Of a DNA stretch of 64,000 nt, positions 18,701-27,156 are shown piece after piece. The position numbers and the translations under genes were made by a program. How positions within the stretch are numbered: the stretch's first letter is position 1; each line of letters starts with the position of its first letter. Under the pieces are notes generated by a model. That model was not told where the DNA came from, made no database searches, and worked only from the letters and a program-made list of their open reading frames with translations. Where the stretch lies: assembly GCA_963662285.2 (NCBI GenBank), contig CAXXMV010000008.1:672001-736000 (forward strand). Reading direction: 5' to 3'. The DNA is from a bacterium (GTDB lineage Bacteria > Hinthialibacterota > Hinthialibacteria > Hinthialibacterales > Hinthialibacteraceae).

Positions 18701-19905
18701 CTCTCGCCGATTGTCTCATTGTCACTTTTAACGATATCACCAAGCGAAAGCAAATAGAAAAAAAACTCGTCGAATCGCAAAAGATAGAATCGATCGGACA
18801 TCTTGCTGGCGGAGTGGCCCATGAATTCAATAACTTAGTGATGGGTGTCAATGGATTCTGTTCGCTTGCATTGGAGCAACTGAGTTCCAGCAATCCGGTA
18901 TACCAGGATATTGAGGAGATCAAGAAATCTGGAGATCGAATGGCTGGTATTACCCGTCAGTTATTGGCCTTCGGACGCAAGCAGATGATGCGGTTGGAGG
19001 TATCGAATCTGAATACGATATGTTCCAATATCATAAAAATGATTAGAAGCCTGATTGGAGAGAATATACGTATAATTACAAAATTTGATCCGAATCTATG
19101 GTTTGTTAAAGTCGATGAAATGCAGATCCATCAGGTACTCATGAATTTAGCCATCAACGCCCGCGACGCCATGCCCAATGGAGGCATATTGACCTTGGAG
19201 ACAGGCAACAAAGATGTAGGAGAGAACCACCATGAGATTGTCGATGTCCCGGCCGGGCAGTATGTACGACTCAAAGTGAGCGATACAGGATGCGGGATGA
19301 ATGAAGAAATTCAAGCACAGATTTTCGAACCGTTTTTCACCACGAAGGACGTTGGAAATGGAACGGGTTTGGGACTGTCAACCGTGCATGGCATCATCGC
19401 GCAGTGCAAGGGGTATATCAATGTTGCGAGTCAACCGGGGAAAGGAACGACATTCTATATCCTTCTTCCACGCGTGACAGAAACTGTGTCTCAATCAAAA
19501 TCGTTGAAAACCGATAAAGATATCTCTAGGGGAACCGAAACGATTCTTCTGGTCGAAGACAATAAGATCGTTCTGGAAATTACAAGCAGGATTTTTCGTA
19601 GTATGGGTTATACAGTATTGGAAGCAAGAAATGGATTGGAGGCTCTCCAGTTGGCGAAGCGCTATGAAGAGCCTATCCATATCCTGTTGACGGATATTGT
19701 AATGCCCTCCATGGGTGGTTTCGAGTTAGCGCAAAAATTACAGCCGCTGCATCCGGAAATGAAAATAACATACATGTCCGGTTATCCAAAGGAAAAGTTT
19801 GTAGATGACAATATAATATTGGATCCAGACATCAATTATATTGAAAAACCAATTTCACCGGATATATTGGCGCAACGGATTCGCGCCATATTGGATACCC
19901 CTTAA
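15748..19905 (+). CDS. Cytoplasmic multi-PAS/GAF hybrid sensor histidine kinase with C-terminal receiver
   Basis: PAS ends (DIT.RK), a GAF domain, H-box AGGVAHEFNN, N-box NLAINARDAM, G-boxes DTGCGM / GTGLGL, receiver ILLVEDN..TDIVMP. The start may be ATG 15757. Confidence 0.93.
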   Translation: MIDMEKKNNDSTRFHELRKRAEALLKISDEDLPKMSPDEIQNLVHSFRTYQIEMELQNEELRCAEEELLASREKYSNLYDFAPVGYITVSDKGMILESNLTFANMLGVERSRLINQPLSAYITDEDQDVYYHCRRKSLETKEQQTCELRIKLKENLSVWVRIDFKVIKSPEGGANQFYMMISNIAELKKNQNELTQSIKDVTLQKTEISALLESAQAALECQTFEEAAREIFDACRKATGAVSGCVALLSEDGSENEILFLEEGGLPYYVDTELPMPIRGLREEAYHKKIAVYENDFWNNQWMEYMPEGHVPLENVLFAPLIHNDRAIGLIGIANKPGGFTDNDAILAMAFAQQAAIALRSFRMIDEIIERDRILNQTGKMARIGGWEHDLKKGKGIWTEALYDIIEIEPKTEPPGPQEHLNYYPPEHRKTLEEAYQRSVEDGTPFDLELQVYTEKKNLIWCRVYGEPVFHRGECVSMRGTLQDITDHKQASIALEESEQRYRELFNHMSDGVAVYQAIENAEDFIFKNINESGAKIGKIKSDEVIGCRVTNVFPGIKDMGLFEVFHQVYRSGKPMHYPVSLYKDNRVSHWVENYVYKLSSGEIVAIYKDVTNRKQAEENLQSQTAFLESLLSSIPSPIFYKDNEGRYLGCNPAFEEISGEKLPNIIGKKVFDIWKKEYSGIYYDKDIELIQHPGVQQYESKFESPDGIVRDVIFHKSTFFDQRDEVAGIIGVMTDITERKKAEEALRESERMYRSAIEVAGAVPYYQNYNENIYEYIGSGIEQMTGYSPEEFTCEIWISIEKQICLLGDLQGLSTEEAVDKARQEEGVSWKADYLIKTRAGEERWLSNAAIQIRDEHGVAIGSLGILQDITERKQTEEALRKSEEKLRAVLDASPFPVSIVDLEDNNIIYWSRSAYKLFGHTAPTASEWYQIAYPDIDYRNQVIERWKPFVATALQTRKAVNAGEYRVTCSDSSERICELHISSLADCLIVTFNDITKRKQIEKKLVESQKIESIGHLAGGVAHEFNNLVMGVNGFCSLALEQLSSSNPVYQDIEEIKKSGDRMAGITRQLLAFGRKQMMRLEVSNLNTICSNIIKMIRSLIGENIRIITKFDPNLWFVKVDEMQIHQVLMNLAINARDAMPNGGILTLETGNKDVGENHHEIVDVPAGQYVRLKVSDTGCGMNEEIQAQIFEPFFTTKDVGNGTGLGLSTVHGIIAQCKGYINVASQPGKGTTFYILLPRVTETVSQSKSLKTDKDISRGTETILLVEDNKIVLEITSRIFRSMGYTVLEARNGLEALQLAKRYEEPIHILLTDIVMPSMGGFELAQKLQPLHPEMKITYMSGYPKEKFVDDNIILDPDINYIEKPISPDILAQRIRAILDTP

Positions 19906-20027
19906 GGAAATACGTTCTTGCGTTTGATGCTAAAGAAGATTTTTCCACGTAAACAACAAGACGTGAAGATAATACGAACTTTCGCAGGTTACATATCTCA
20001 TTCGATATTGAGAGAGCGAGAATATAA

Positions 20028-20768
20028 ATGAGTGATTCTGCCGACATTAAAAATAGCAATAATGCGTTTATCGAAGAAAGCGCAAGGATTCAGAAAACGA
20101 TTCAACAGTTGACATCGGGGTTCGCCCATGAAATCCGAAATCCATTAAACGCCATTCTGGCCATCGTCGAAGCGTTGTATCAGGATTTAAATCAATATGC
20201 GGATTACATAGAATATTTCGATCAACTCAACATTCAAACCATGAAGATTTCAAGTTTAATACAGGACCTTGTGGAAATTGGGAATCCCTATCAACCAGCG
20301 TCATTAAATCTCGATTCTCTTTCGAGATTGTGTGAATCCGCGATGAAATCGTGGATGCGATCGACCCGATATCAAAAACATGCCGTGAAGTTGATTCCGT
20401 CGTTCGAACTGAGTAACGCGACATTAAAGATCGATGTCGCCAAAATACAAAAAGTGTTTTTTGCGATCCTGGAAAACGCCGCCCAGCACTCGCCTGAAGA
20501 CAGCGAAATCCTTATCCAAATCTCCGAACCAAATGAAAAATCGTTGCGAATCAATGTAATCGACCATGGTAACGGCATCCCCGCCGAAATAATGCCTTTG
20601 GTTTTTGATTTTTTCTTTACAACCCTCAGTCATGGCCGGGGACTCGGTTTATGTTTTGTGAGGCAAGCGATGGAATCCCACAACGGCTCTGTTGTGATTC
20701 GGAACAACGATCCGCCTCCCGGATGCACTGTTGAACTGTACTTTCCTGTAGAGGAGGATGGAACATGA
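20028..20768 (+). CDS. Histidine kinase (HisKA + HATPase only, no sensor domain)
   Basis: GFAHEIRNPLNAI H-box, ILENAAQH, DHGNGIP, GRGLGL; stop overlaps the next ATG (ATGA). Confidence 0.88.
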   Translation: MSDSADIKNSNNAFIEESARIQKTIQQLTSGFAHEIRNPLNAILAIVEALYQDLNQYADYIEYFDQLNIQTMKISSLIQDLVEIGNPYQPASLNLDSLSRLCESAMKSWMRSTRYQKHAVKLIPSFELSNATLKIDVAKIQKVFFAILENAAQHSPEDSEILIQISEPNEKSLRINVIDHGNGIPAEIMPLVFDFFFTTLSHGRGLGLCFVRQAMESHNGSVVIRNNDPPPGCTVELYFPVEEDGT

Positions 20769-22087
20769 GACACTGTATCCTTTTAGTTGATGATGATGAG
20801 GGCATACAATTTGGATTTTCTAAATATTTATCCCTCAAAGACTATTCAATTCATAAGAGTACCTGCCTTGCCCAGGCAAAGGAAATGATAAATACCCAAA
20901 AGTATGATGTTGTTATATTGGATAACCAACTACCGGACGGGAACGGAGTGGATTGGATCATAGAATTAAGAGAGAACTATCCGGATACCGCTATTATTGT
21001 GATCACTGCTTTTGGAAATATCCCCATGGCCGTGGACGCCATGCGTAGAGGAGCAGATCATTTTTTAACCAAGCCCGTCAGTATGCCTGACCTTGATTTG
21101 ATAATACAAAAAAGCCTTGAATTATACAACTTAAAGCGAAAGGCCGCCTTTTCCCAGCGTAGATTCAAAAAAGAGGCATTTTTCTGGGGGAAAAATTCTC
21201 TTCATAGAACAGTTAAAGAAATGGCGCTGAAAGCAGCTAACACGGATTCCTCTATTTTAATTACAGGTCGAACCGGTACGGGGAAACGTCTGTTGGCGAA
21301 CTGGATTCACCAGCATAGTTTACGAAGATCGCAGAATTTCGTGGATGTGAATTGCGCCAGTTTGAAAGATGATCTTCTTTCGAGCGAACTCTTCGGTCAT
21401 ACCAAAGGAGCGTTCACGTCTGCCGTGTCGGATAAGAAAGGCTTGTTGGAGTTCGGTCAAGATGGAACATTGTTTTTAGATGAGATCAACGAGATGGATA
21501 TCAAAGTACAATCCCAGATTCTTAAAGTTTTGGAAGAGAAAGTATATCGAAGAATGGGAGATACGAAGATTCGGCATTGCGACATACGATGGATCTGCGC
21601 GTCAAACCGGGATTTACAGAAAGAAATCCATGACAGAAGATTTCGTGAAGATCTGTATTACAGGATCAATGTATTCCCCATTCATCTGCCTCCTTTGAGA
21701 GAGATGAAGGAAGATATACCCGATTTGGTCTATCATATTCTTCATTGCTTGGGCGCTTCTAAGCAGGAACTCTCTCCGGTAATCATAAATATTTTGCAGT
21801 CTTACAATTGGCCGGGAAATATTCGCGAATTAAAAAATTTGTTAGAACGGGCATTGATCCTTGCCAATGGAAATCCCCTTGAACCAATCCATTTCCCCGG
21901 CCTGGGACATCAAATGCCTAACGAAGAAAATACGAAGGCGAATGATAACCTGGTAACTCAGGAAGCATCTCATATTCGGGCTGTGCTGGAGCAATATAAC
22001 CAAGATAAGGAACAAACCTGCCATGCGTTAGGCATATCCCTCTCTACATTATATCGAAAGTTGAAAACTCATGGGATAAAACTATGA
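20765..22087 (+). CDS. NtrC-family sigma54-dependent response regulator (REC-AAA+-Fis HTH)
   Basis: Receiver ILLVDDD..LDNQLPD; Walker A GRTGTGK; SELFGHTKGAFTSA; Walker B LFLDEI; FREDLYYRINV; WPGNIREL; HTH LGISLSTLYRKL. Confidence 0.95.
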   Translation: MRHCILLVDDDEGIQFGFSKYLSLKDYSIHKSTCLAQAKEMINTQKYDVVILDNQLPDGNGVDWIIELRENYPDTAIIVITAFGNIPMAVDAMRRGADHFLTKPVSMPDLDLIIQKSLELYNLKRKAAFSQRRFKKEAFFWGKNSLHRTVKEMALKAANTDSSILITGRTGTGKRLLANWIHQHSLRRSQNFVDVNCASLKDDLLSSELFGHTKGAFTSAVSDKKGLLEFGQDGTLFLDEINEMDIKVQSQILKVLEEKVYRRMGDTKIRHCDIRWICASNRDLQKEIHDRRFREDLYYRINVFPIHLPPLREMKEDIPDLVYHILHCLGASKQELSPVIINILQSYNWPGNIRELKNLLERALILANGNPLEPIHFPGLGHQMPNEENTKANDNLVTQEASHIRAVLEQYNQDKEQTCHALGISLSTLYRKLKTHGIKL

Positions 22088-22280
22088 ACAGAAACTAGTT
22101 TTTCTGCTTCAGTGATAGTGATCTCGGTCAAGGTGTGGCCCGTTTAATCTCCAATCAAGAGCGCTTTTTTCGAAAACTCAGTCTCAACGCACACTAACGT
22201 TCAAGAAAATTAGTGCAAAATCTTCGTTAAATTCTGCAAGCAAGATATAAATCATACTAATCCAATCAATTAACAACCTA

Positions 22281-22318
22281 TTCGCAGTTCTGCGAAAAAT
22301 CATTCGCAAGGTTGCGAA
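22281..22318. promoter_or_regulatory. Tandem palindromic enhancer-like sites (UAS), TTCGCA-N4-TGCGAA x2
   Basis: TTCGCAGTTCTGCGAA (22281-22296) and TTCGCAAGGTTGCGAA (22303-22318), 22 bp apart (about two helical turns), in the intergenic region after the NtrC-type gene. Confidence 0.65.
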
Positions 22319-22390
22319 AATCCCGCCAAAGTCAAATTAATTTTATTTGTTATTCCTATGTTTGTCAGGGACATACAAGGTTCCTTGATC

Positions 22391-22406
22391 TGGTACAAAT
22401 ATTGTA
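22391..22406 (+). promoter_or_regulatory. Putative sigma54 (-24/-12) promoter of the che cluster
   Basis: TGGTAC-AAATA-TTGTA versus consensus TGGCAC-N5-TTGCA. Spacing GG-N10 is correct but -12 reads GT rather than GC. It lies ~75-110 bp downstream of the tandem palindromes. Confidence 0.5.
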
Positions 22407-22561
22407 TAAGTCATGGAAATAATAAAATGCAATTCTTCTCAACATCGAATAAATAATGATTCAATGATTGTTGATTACGGGTGTATTGCAGAAAAGAAAC
22501 AGTTCTATATGGGCAATTGTCATGCGATTCAAGACGGATGATTTATATCAGAAGGTGATTC

Positions 22562-23083
22562 ATGGATAACGGTCAATTATCTGAAGCAATTATGCCAAAC
22601 CGGGAAGAAGTAAAGCCTTCCAACAAAACATTCCTATTGGTTGTCTTTACATTGGATGAGTATGGATTTGCCCTGTCTCTAACAGCAGTGGATCGAGTTA
22701 TCCCCGCCATCGCTGTGCGGCCTTTATCAGATGCGCCAGCATTTGTTCTTGGTGTGATCAACCTTCAAGGCCATATCATGCCGGTCATTGATCTTCGAAA
22801 AAGGTTCAACCTGCCCGGACGTGAACTGCTCATAACCGACCAGTTGATTATTGCGCGGACATCCAAGCAATCCATCGCCCTCGTAGTGGATGAGGTGATT
22901 GATGTTGTGGAACGATCCGAACGGGATGTTTTCAAACCTGACGAGATATTCCCTGGTATCGGGGATATCGAAGGCGTATTCAAACTCGGTGATGAGATGA
23001 TATTCATTCACGACCTGAACAAATGTCTCACGGTTGAAGAAGAGACCAGTCTCAATGAATCCACGGCCAAACAGGAAGGTTAA
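22562..23083 (+). CDS. cheW: CheW adaptor
   Basis: LVVFTLDEYGFAL..VLGVINLQGHIMPVIDLRKRF..ALVVDEV. Confidence 0.92.
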   Translation: MDNGQLSEAIMPNREEVKPSNKTFLLVVFTLDEYGFALSLTAVDRVIPAIAVRPLSDAPAFVLGVINLQGHIMPVIDLRKRFNLPGRELLITDQLIIARTSKQSIALVVDEVIDVVERSERDVFKPDEIFPGIGDIEGVFKLGDEMIFIHDLNKCLTVEEETSLNESTAKQEG

Positions 23084-23086
23084 TTC

Positions 23087-24631
23087 ATGTCCTCTCCCAT
23101 TTCGGATTCCCGGCTTTCCCTTCTTAGTGAAATGATTTCCTCCCGGATGGGGATGAATTTCTCGAACGAACATTTGGTTGATCTCAAGCGTGGAATTGAA
23201 AATGCCTGCCAGGATTTCGGATTTAGTGAAGCTGGACCTTGTATTGAATGGTTGATATCGGCGCCATTATCCAACAACCACATTGAAATTCTGGCCGGAT
23301 ATCTGACAGTCGGAGAAACATATTTTTACCGGGAAGAGAAGTGTTTCGAGATTCTCTCAGAACAGATACTTCCTGGAATTATACGCGCCCGGCAAGGAAC
23401 GGACCGGCATCTTCGAATCTGGAGCGCTGGATGTTGCACAGGAGAGGAGGCTTATACCCTGGCCATTCTAGCCTACCGGTTATTACCGGATATATCAGAT
23501 TGGAATGTCACGATATTGGCCACTGATATTAATCCGGTTTTTCTCCAGAAAGCATCGTATGGGCAGTACGGTGAGTGGTCATTTCGCAATACCCCGCGTT
23601 GGTTCAAAGAGGGATATTTTAAAAAAACGGGGGAAAAGCAGTATGAATTAATCCCTCCAATTAAGAAGATGGTTACTTTTTCGCATCTCAACCTGATGGA
23701 TGACATATACCCATCGCTCTTGAACGAGACGAATGCCATGGATGTTATTTTTTGCCGGAACGTGCTTATGTATTTTGCGCCTACGTGCGCTTCACGAGTC
23801 ATTCAATGCCTTCACCGTTGTTTGGTGGACGGAGGAAGGTTGTTTGTTGGATCTTGTGAAACATTTCAAGAATTGTATACCCAATTTGTTTCCATTAACG
23901 TTCCCGGTCTGACCTATTACCAGAAGGATTCTCACTTGAGTATACCGATAGATTCGGTCAAACCGTCTTTTTTTGACGCCTATCGAATAACGGAAGTGGA
24001 GCGTACTGAAGTAAATTTTCCAGAATTTCCATTACTTGATACCTCCCTCATTCTTGAGGATGCACCCACCGAGCCGATTGAAGAACAATCAGCAGAAGAT
24101 AGCCATCGTACCTTATGGGAAGAATCGACCGTCTTGTACAAACTGGGAGATTACGAGAAATCAACAGAAAAAATGCTTGCTCTTTTGTCACGCGATTGTA
24201 ATGGAACTCAGGGAATTTCTAGAAGTGAAGTGATTACTCTTTTGTCACGTGCATTCGCCAATCAGGGAAAACTGGCGGAAGCGCAGGAATGGTGCAAAAA
24301 AGCGATTGATACAGACAAGATGAATCCAAGCCTTCATTATCTCAATGCGACCATTCAACGGGAGCAACAGAACGATGAAGAAGCGGTGAACTCGCTGCGC
24401 AGGGCATTGTATCTCGACCCCTATTTTTTATTGGCGTATTTTGCTTTGGGCAATCTCTTTCAACAACAGGGCAAGAAACAAGAATCAGTCAAACAGTATG
24501 AGAATGCATTGGAAATTTTACAGGGATTCCAGCCGGAGGAGATCGTCCCCGAATCAGAAGGAATTCCCGCAGAACGATTGGCGGAAATCATCCATTCACT
24601 CATAAGCATGGAGAAAATCAATGGTGGATAA
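23087..24631 (+). CDS. cheR: CheR methyltransferase with C-terminal TPR repeats (WspC-like)
   Basis: LTVGETYFYRE, IWSAGCCTGEEAY, ATDIN, DVIFCRNVLMYF; TPR-like helices (ANQGKLAEAQEWCKKAI, LRRALYLDPYFLLAYFALGNL). Confidence 0.92.
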   Translation: MSSPISDSRLSLLSEMISSRMGMNFSNEHLVDLKRGIENACQDFGFSEAGPCIEWLISAPLSNNHIEILAGYLTVGETYFYREEKCFEILSEQILPGIIRARQGTDRHLRIWSAGCCTGEEAYTLAILAYRLLPDISDWNVTILATDINPVFLQKASYGQYGEWSFRNTPRWFKEGYFKKTGEKQYELIPPIKKMVTFSHLNLMDDIYPSLLNETNAMDVIFCRNVLMYFAPTCASRVIQCLHRCLVDGGRLFVGSCETFQELYTQFVSINVPGLTYYQKDSHLSIPIDSVKPSFFDAYRITEVERTEVNFPEFPLLDTSLILEDAPTEPIEEQSAEDSHRTLWEESTVLYKLGDYEKSTEKMLALLSRDCNGTQGISRSEVITLLSRAFANQGKLAEAQEWCKKAIDTDKMNPSLHYLNATIQREQQNDEEAVNSLRRALYLDPYFLLAYFALGNLFQQQGKKQESVKQYENALEILQGFQPEEIVPESEGIPAERLAEIIHSLISMEKINGG

Positions 24632-25265
24632 AAATACTTGTTTACCCCCACAGTCATCAGAAAATGGGGCAGCGGGAAAATTGAAACAGTTTCGGGGCAG
24701 CGATCATTCGGCGGAAGAGCGGGATATTGTTTATAATCCCGCCGATAACCAGCGGATTCTCGACGCCAGAGCGAAAATACTGGCGGTTGAACCGCAAGAA
24801 ATCCAGATTGATGAACACAAAATAGAAGTTGTAGAATTCCTATTGGCGCATGAACGGTACGCTCTCCAGACGGAATTTATACGGGAAATTTATCCATTGA
24901 ACGATCTCACGCCATTGCCGGGAACGCCGTCGTTTGTGTTGGGCGTTATTAATGTGCGAGGGCGGATCGTCTCTATTGTCGATCTAAAGAAATTTTTCGA
25001 ATTGCCCGAAAAAGGTCTGACCGATCTAAACAAGATCATCATTATTCAATCAGACATCATGGAGTTTGGCATTTTGGCGGATGAGATAGTTGAGGTGCGA
25101 ACGATCCTGGTGAGTGAATTACAGACATCATTTATCACGTTGACTGAGATCCGGTCGGAGTATCTCAAGGGAGTGACCCAGGACCGGCTGGTAGTGCTCG
25201 ATGCGGAAAAAATATTGTCGGACAAGAAGATCGTTGTTAATGATGAAATCGATGAAATGAAATAA
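24621..25265 (+). CDS. cheW: CheW adaptor (WspD-like, N-terminal ILxxRAxxLA extension)
   Basis: RILDARAKILA; VVEFLLAHERYAL; LGVINVRGRIVSIVDLKKFF. Confidence 0.92.
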   Translation: MVDKNTCLPPQSSENGAAGKLKQFRGSDHSAEERDIVYNPADNQRILDARAKILAVEPQEIQIDEHKIEVVEFLLAHERYALQTEFIREIYPLNDLTPLPGTPSFVLGVINVRGRIVSIVDLKKFFELPEKGLTDLNKIIIIQSDIMEFGILADEIVEVRTILVSELQTSFITLTEIRSEYLKGVTQDRLVVLDAEKILSDKKIVVNDEIDEMK

Positions 25266-25396
25266 CACTTAGAGATGTTATGGAGGATCGGTTAGCGATC
25301 CGGAAATACACAGCGATTCATTCGGATGAGAAACTTGCCGCGCAGAAAGCAGCAACCAGTATTCATAAATGAAGAGAAAAAACAAAGGAGACCGTC

Positions 25397-27142
25397 ATGA
25401 AATTCCGGACACAATTATACGCAGGGTATATTATCGTTCTCATATTGATGTTAATTCTTATTGGCGTCATGTATCAAGCCACCAATACGCTTATTGATAG
25501 CCAGAAATGGGTTGCGCATACTCATGATGTTATCGCTAAGGGACGCTTAATTGAGAAATTGCTGGTTGATATGCAAACCGGAGAGCGTGGTTTTGTAATT
25601 GTAGGTAAAGAGGAATTTTTAGAACCTTATACGGCGGCGGTGAACGAATACACGGTTGTCATTACCGATCTCAAATCTCTTGTGTCTGATAACCTCGCCC
25701 AGGTTAAAAAGTTAGAAGAGATCAATGCGATTGTTATGCAGTGGCAAAATGAGATGCTTTTGCCGATAATCGCCTCCCGTAGAGAAATGAATAAAACAGA
25801 AGATTCAGCGAAAAACATCAGCGATATTTTGCAATCGGGAAAAGGAAAAACGATCATGGACTCGCTACGGAAACATCTCAGCGAGTTTGTCAATGTTGAA
25901 GAAGGTTTATTGACTACTCGAAACAATAAAGTGCAAACCTCGGTAACATGGAGTAACAATATCGTACTCTTTGGCACATTGATTTCCATTGTTTTCGGAC
26001 TTATGGCAATGTTTTTAGTAGCACGCAACGTTTATCGTACCGTTGGTGGAGAACCAGCCGTAATTGCGGGGATTATAGAAAAAGTCGCCCAAGGCAACCT
26101 GAATATTAAACTGGAAATGGACGGCACTACAGCAACAGGAATCATGAAATCGATAAGAAACATGATCCCCGTTATGCAAAAAATGGCAGAAGTCACAGGT
26201 GATATTGCTAGAGGTGATTTAACAGTAAAAGTAAATCCGCTTTCGGCGGAAGATGCTTTAGGTAATTCTTTAGTTCACATGCAAAAAAGTCTTCGCGAAC
26301 AGGTACAGGAATTGATTACAGGAATCAACGTGCTTTCCTCATCCGCCAGTGAAATCATGACATCAACGAGCCAATTAGCGACTAGTTCCACTGAGACCGC
26401 CGCTTCAGTTACCGAGACCACAACGACTGTCGAAGAAGCTAAACAAGCTGTTCAAATGTCAAATGAAAAATCCCAGGAAGTGTTCGAAGCCGCAAAGAAG
26501 GCGGCGCAAGTATCCCAAATCGGCAAGCAAGCCTCAGAAAATGCGATTGAAGGCATCAACCGTATACGGGGACAGATGGATTCGATTGCGGAAAGTATCG
26601 TGGGACTCAGTGAGCAGAGCCAGGCAATTGCTGAGATCACTTCGTCGGTCGAGGACTTGGCCAATCAATCCAATCTCTTGGCTGTGAACGCCTCGATTGA
26701 AGCGGCGAAGGCCGGTGATCAGGGCAAAGGTTTTGCCGTTGTGGCTCAGGAAGTAAAAAACCTGGCTGACCAATCAAAGCAGTCTACCGCTCAAGTCCGT
26801 ACAATCCTGAATGACGTCCAGAAAGCGATCGGCAAGGTCGTGATGGCCACCGAACAGGGGAGTAACGCGGTGAAGGAAGGGATTAATTTAGCTAAAGAAG
26901 CAGGAGATGCCATTCAAAAATTAGAGCAAACCGTAACAGGTACGGCGCAAGCATCGAGTCAAATCGCGGTATCGAGCCAGCAACAGTTGATCGGGATGGA
27001 TCAGATCGCTTCCGCGATGGAGAACATTAAACAGGCCACCAACCAAAACGTGTCTGGAACAAAACAAATGGAAGTTTCGGCGCAGAACCTACACGAGTTA
27101 GGACAAAAACTTAAAGATTTAGTGAAACGATACAAAGTTTAA
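25397..27142 (+). CDS. Methyl-accepting chemotaxis protein with CHASE3-like periplasmic domain
   Basis: WVAHTHDVI..LVDMQTGERGF..FLEPY (CHASE3-like), two TMs, [41 protein letters not shown]; SD AAGGAG. Confidence 0.93.
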   Translation: MKFRTQLYAGYIIVLILMLILIGVMYQATNTLIDSQKWVAHTHDVIAKGRLIEKLLVDMQTGERGFVIVGKEEFLEPYTAAVNEYTVVITDLKSLVSDNLAQVKKLEEINAIVMQWQNEMLLPIIASRREMNKTEDSAKNISDILQSGKGKTIMDSLRKHLSEFVNVEEGLLTTRNNKVQTSVTWSNNIVLFGTLISIVFGLMAMFLVARNVYRTVGGEPAVIAGIIEKVAQGNLNIKLEMDGTTATGIMKSIRNMIPVMQKMAEVTGDIARGDLTVKVNPLSAEDALGNSLVHMQKSLREQVQELITGINVLSSSASEIMTSTSQLATSSTETAASVTETTTTVEEAKQAVQMSNEKSQEVFEAAKKAAQVSQIGKQASENAIEGINRIRGQMDSIAESIVGLSEQSQAIAEITSSVEDLANQSNLLAVNASIEAAKAGDQGKGFAVVAQEVKNLADQSKQSTAQVRTILNDVQKAIGKVVMATEQGSNAVKEGINLAKEAGDAIQKLEQTVTGTAQASSQIAVSSQQQLIGMDQIASAMENIKQATNQNVSGTKQMEVSAQNLHELGQKLKDLVKRYKV

Positions 27143-27156
27143 TAGGGGCCATTCTC

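Noticed and set aside
25266-25396. Intergenic hairpin GGATCG-GTTAG-CGATCC before the MCP as a riboswitch
   Set aside because: Only a 6-bp stem, and I could not match c-di-GMP or other riboswitch consensus elements; an Rfam/Infernal scan would settle it.
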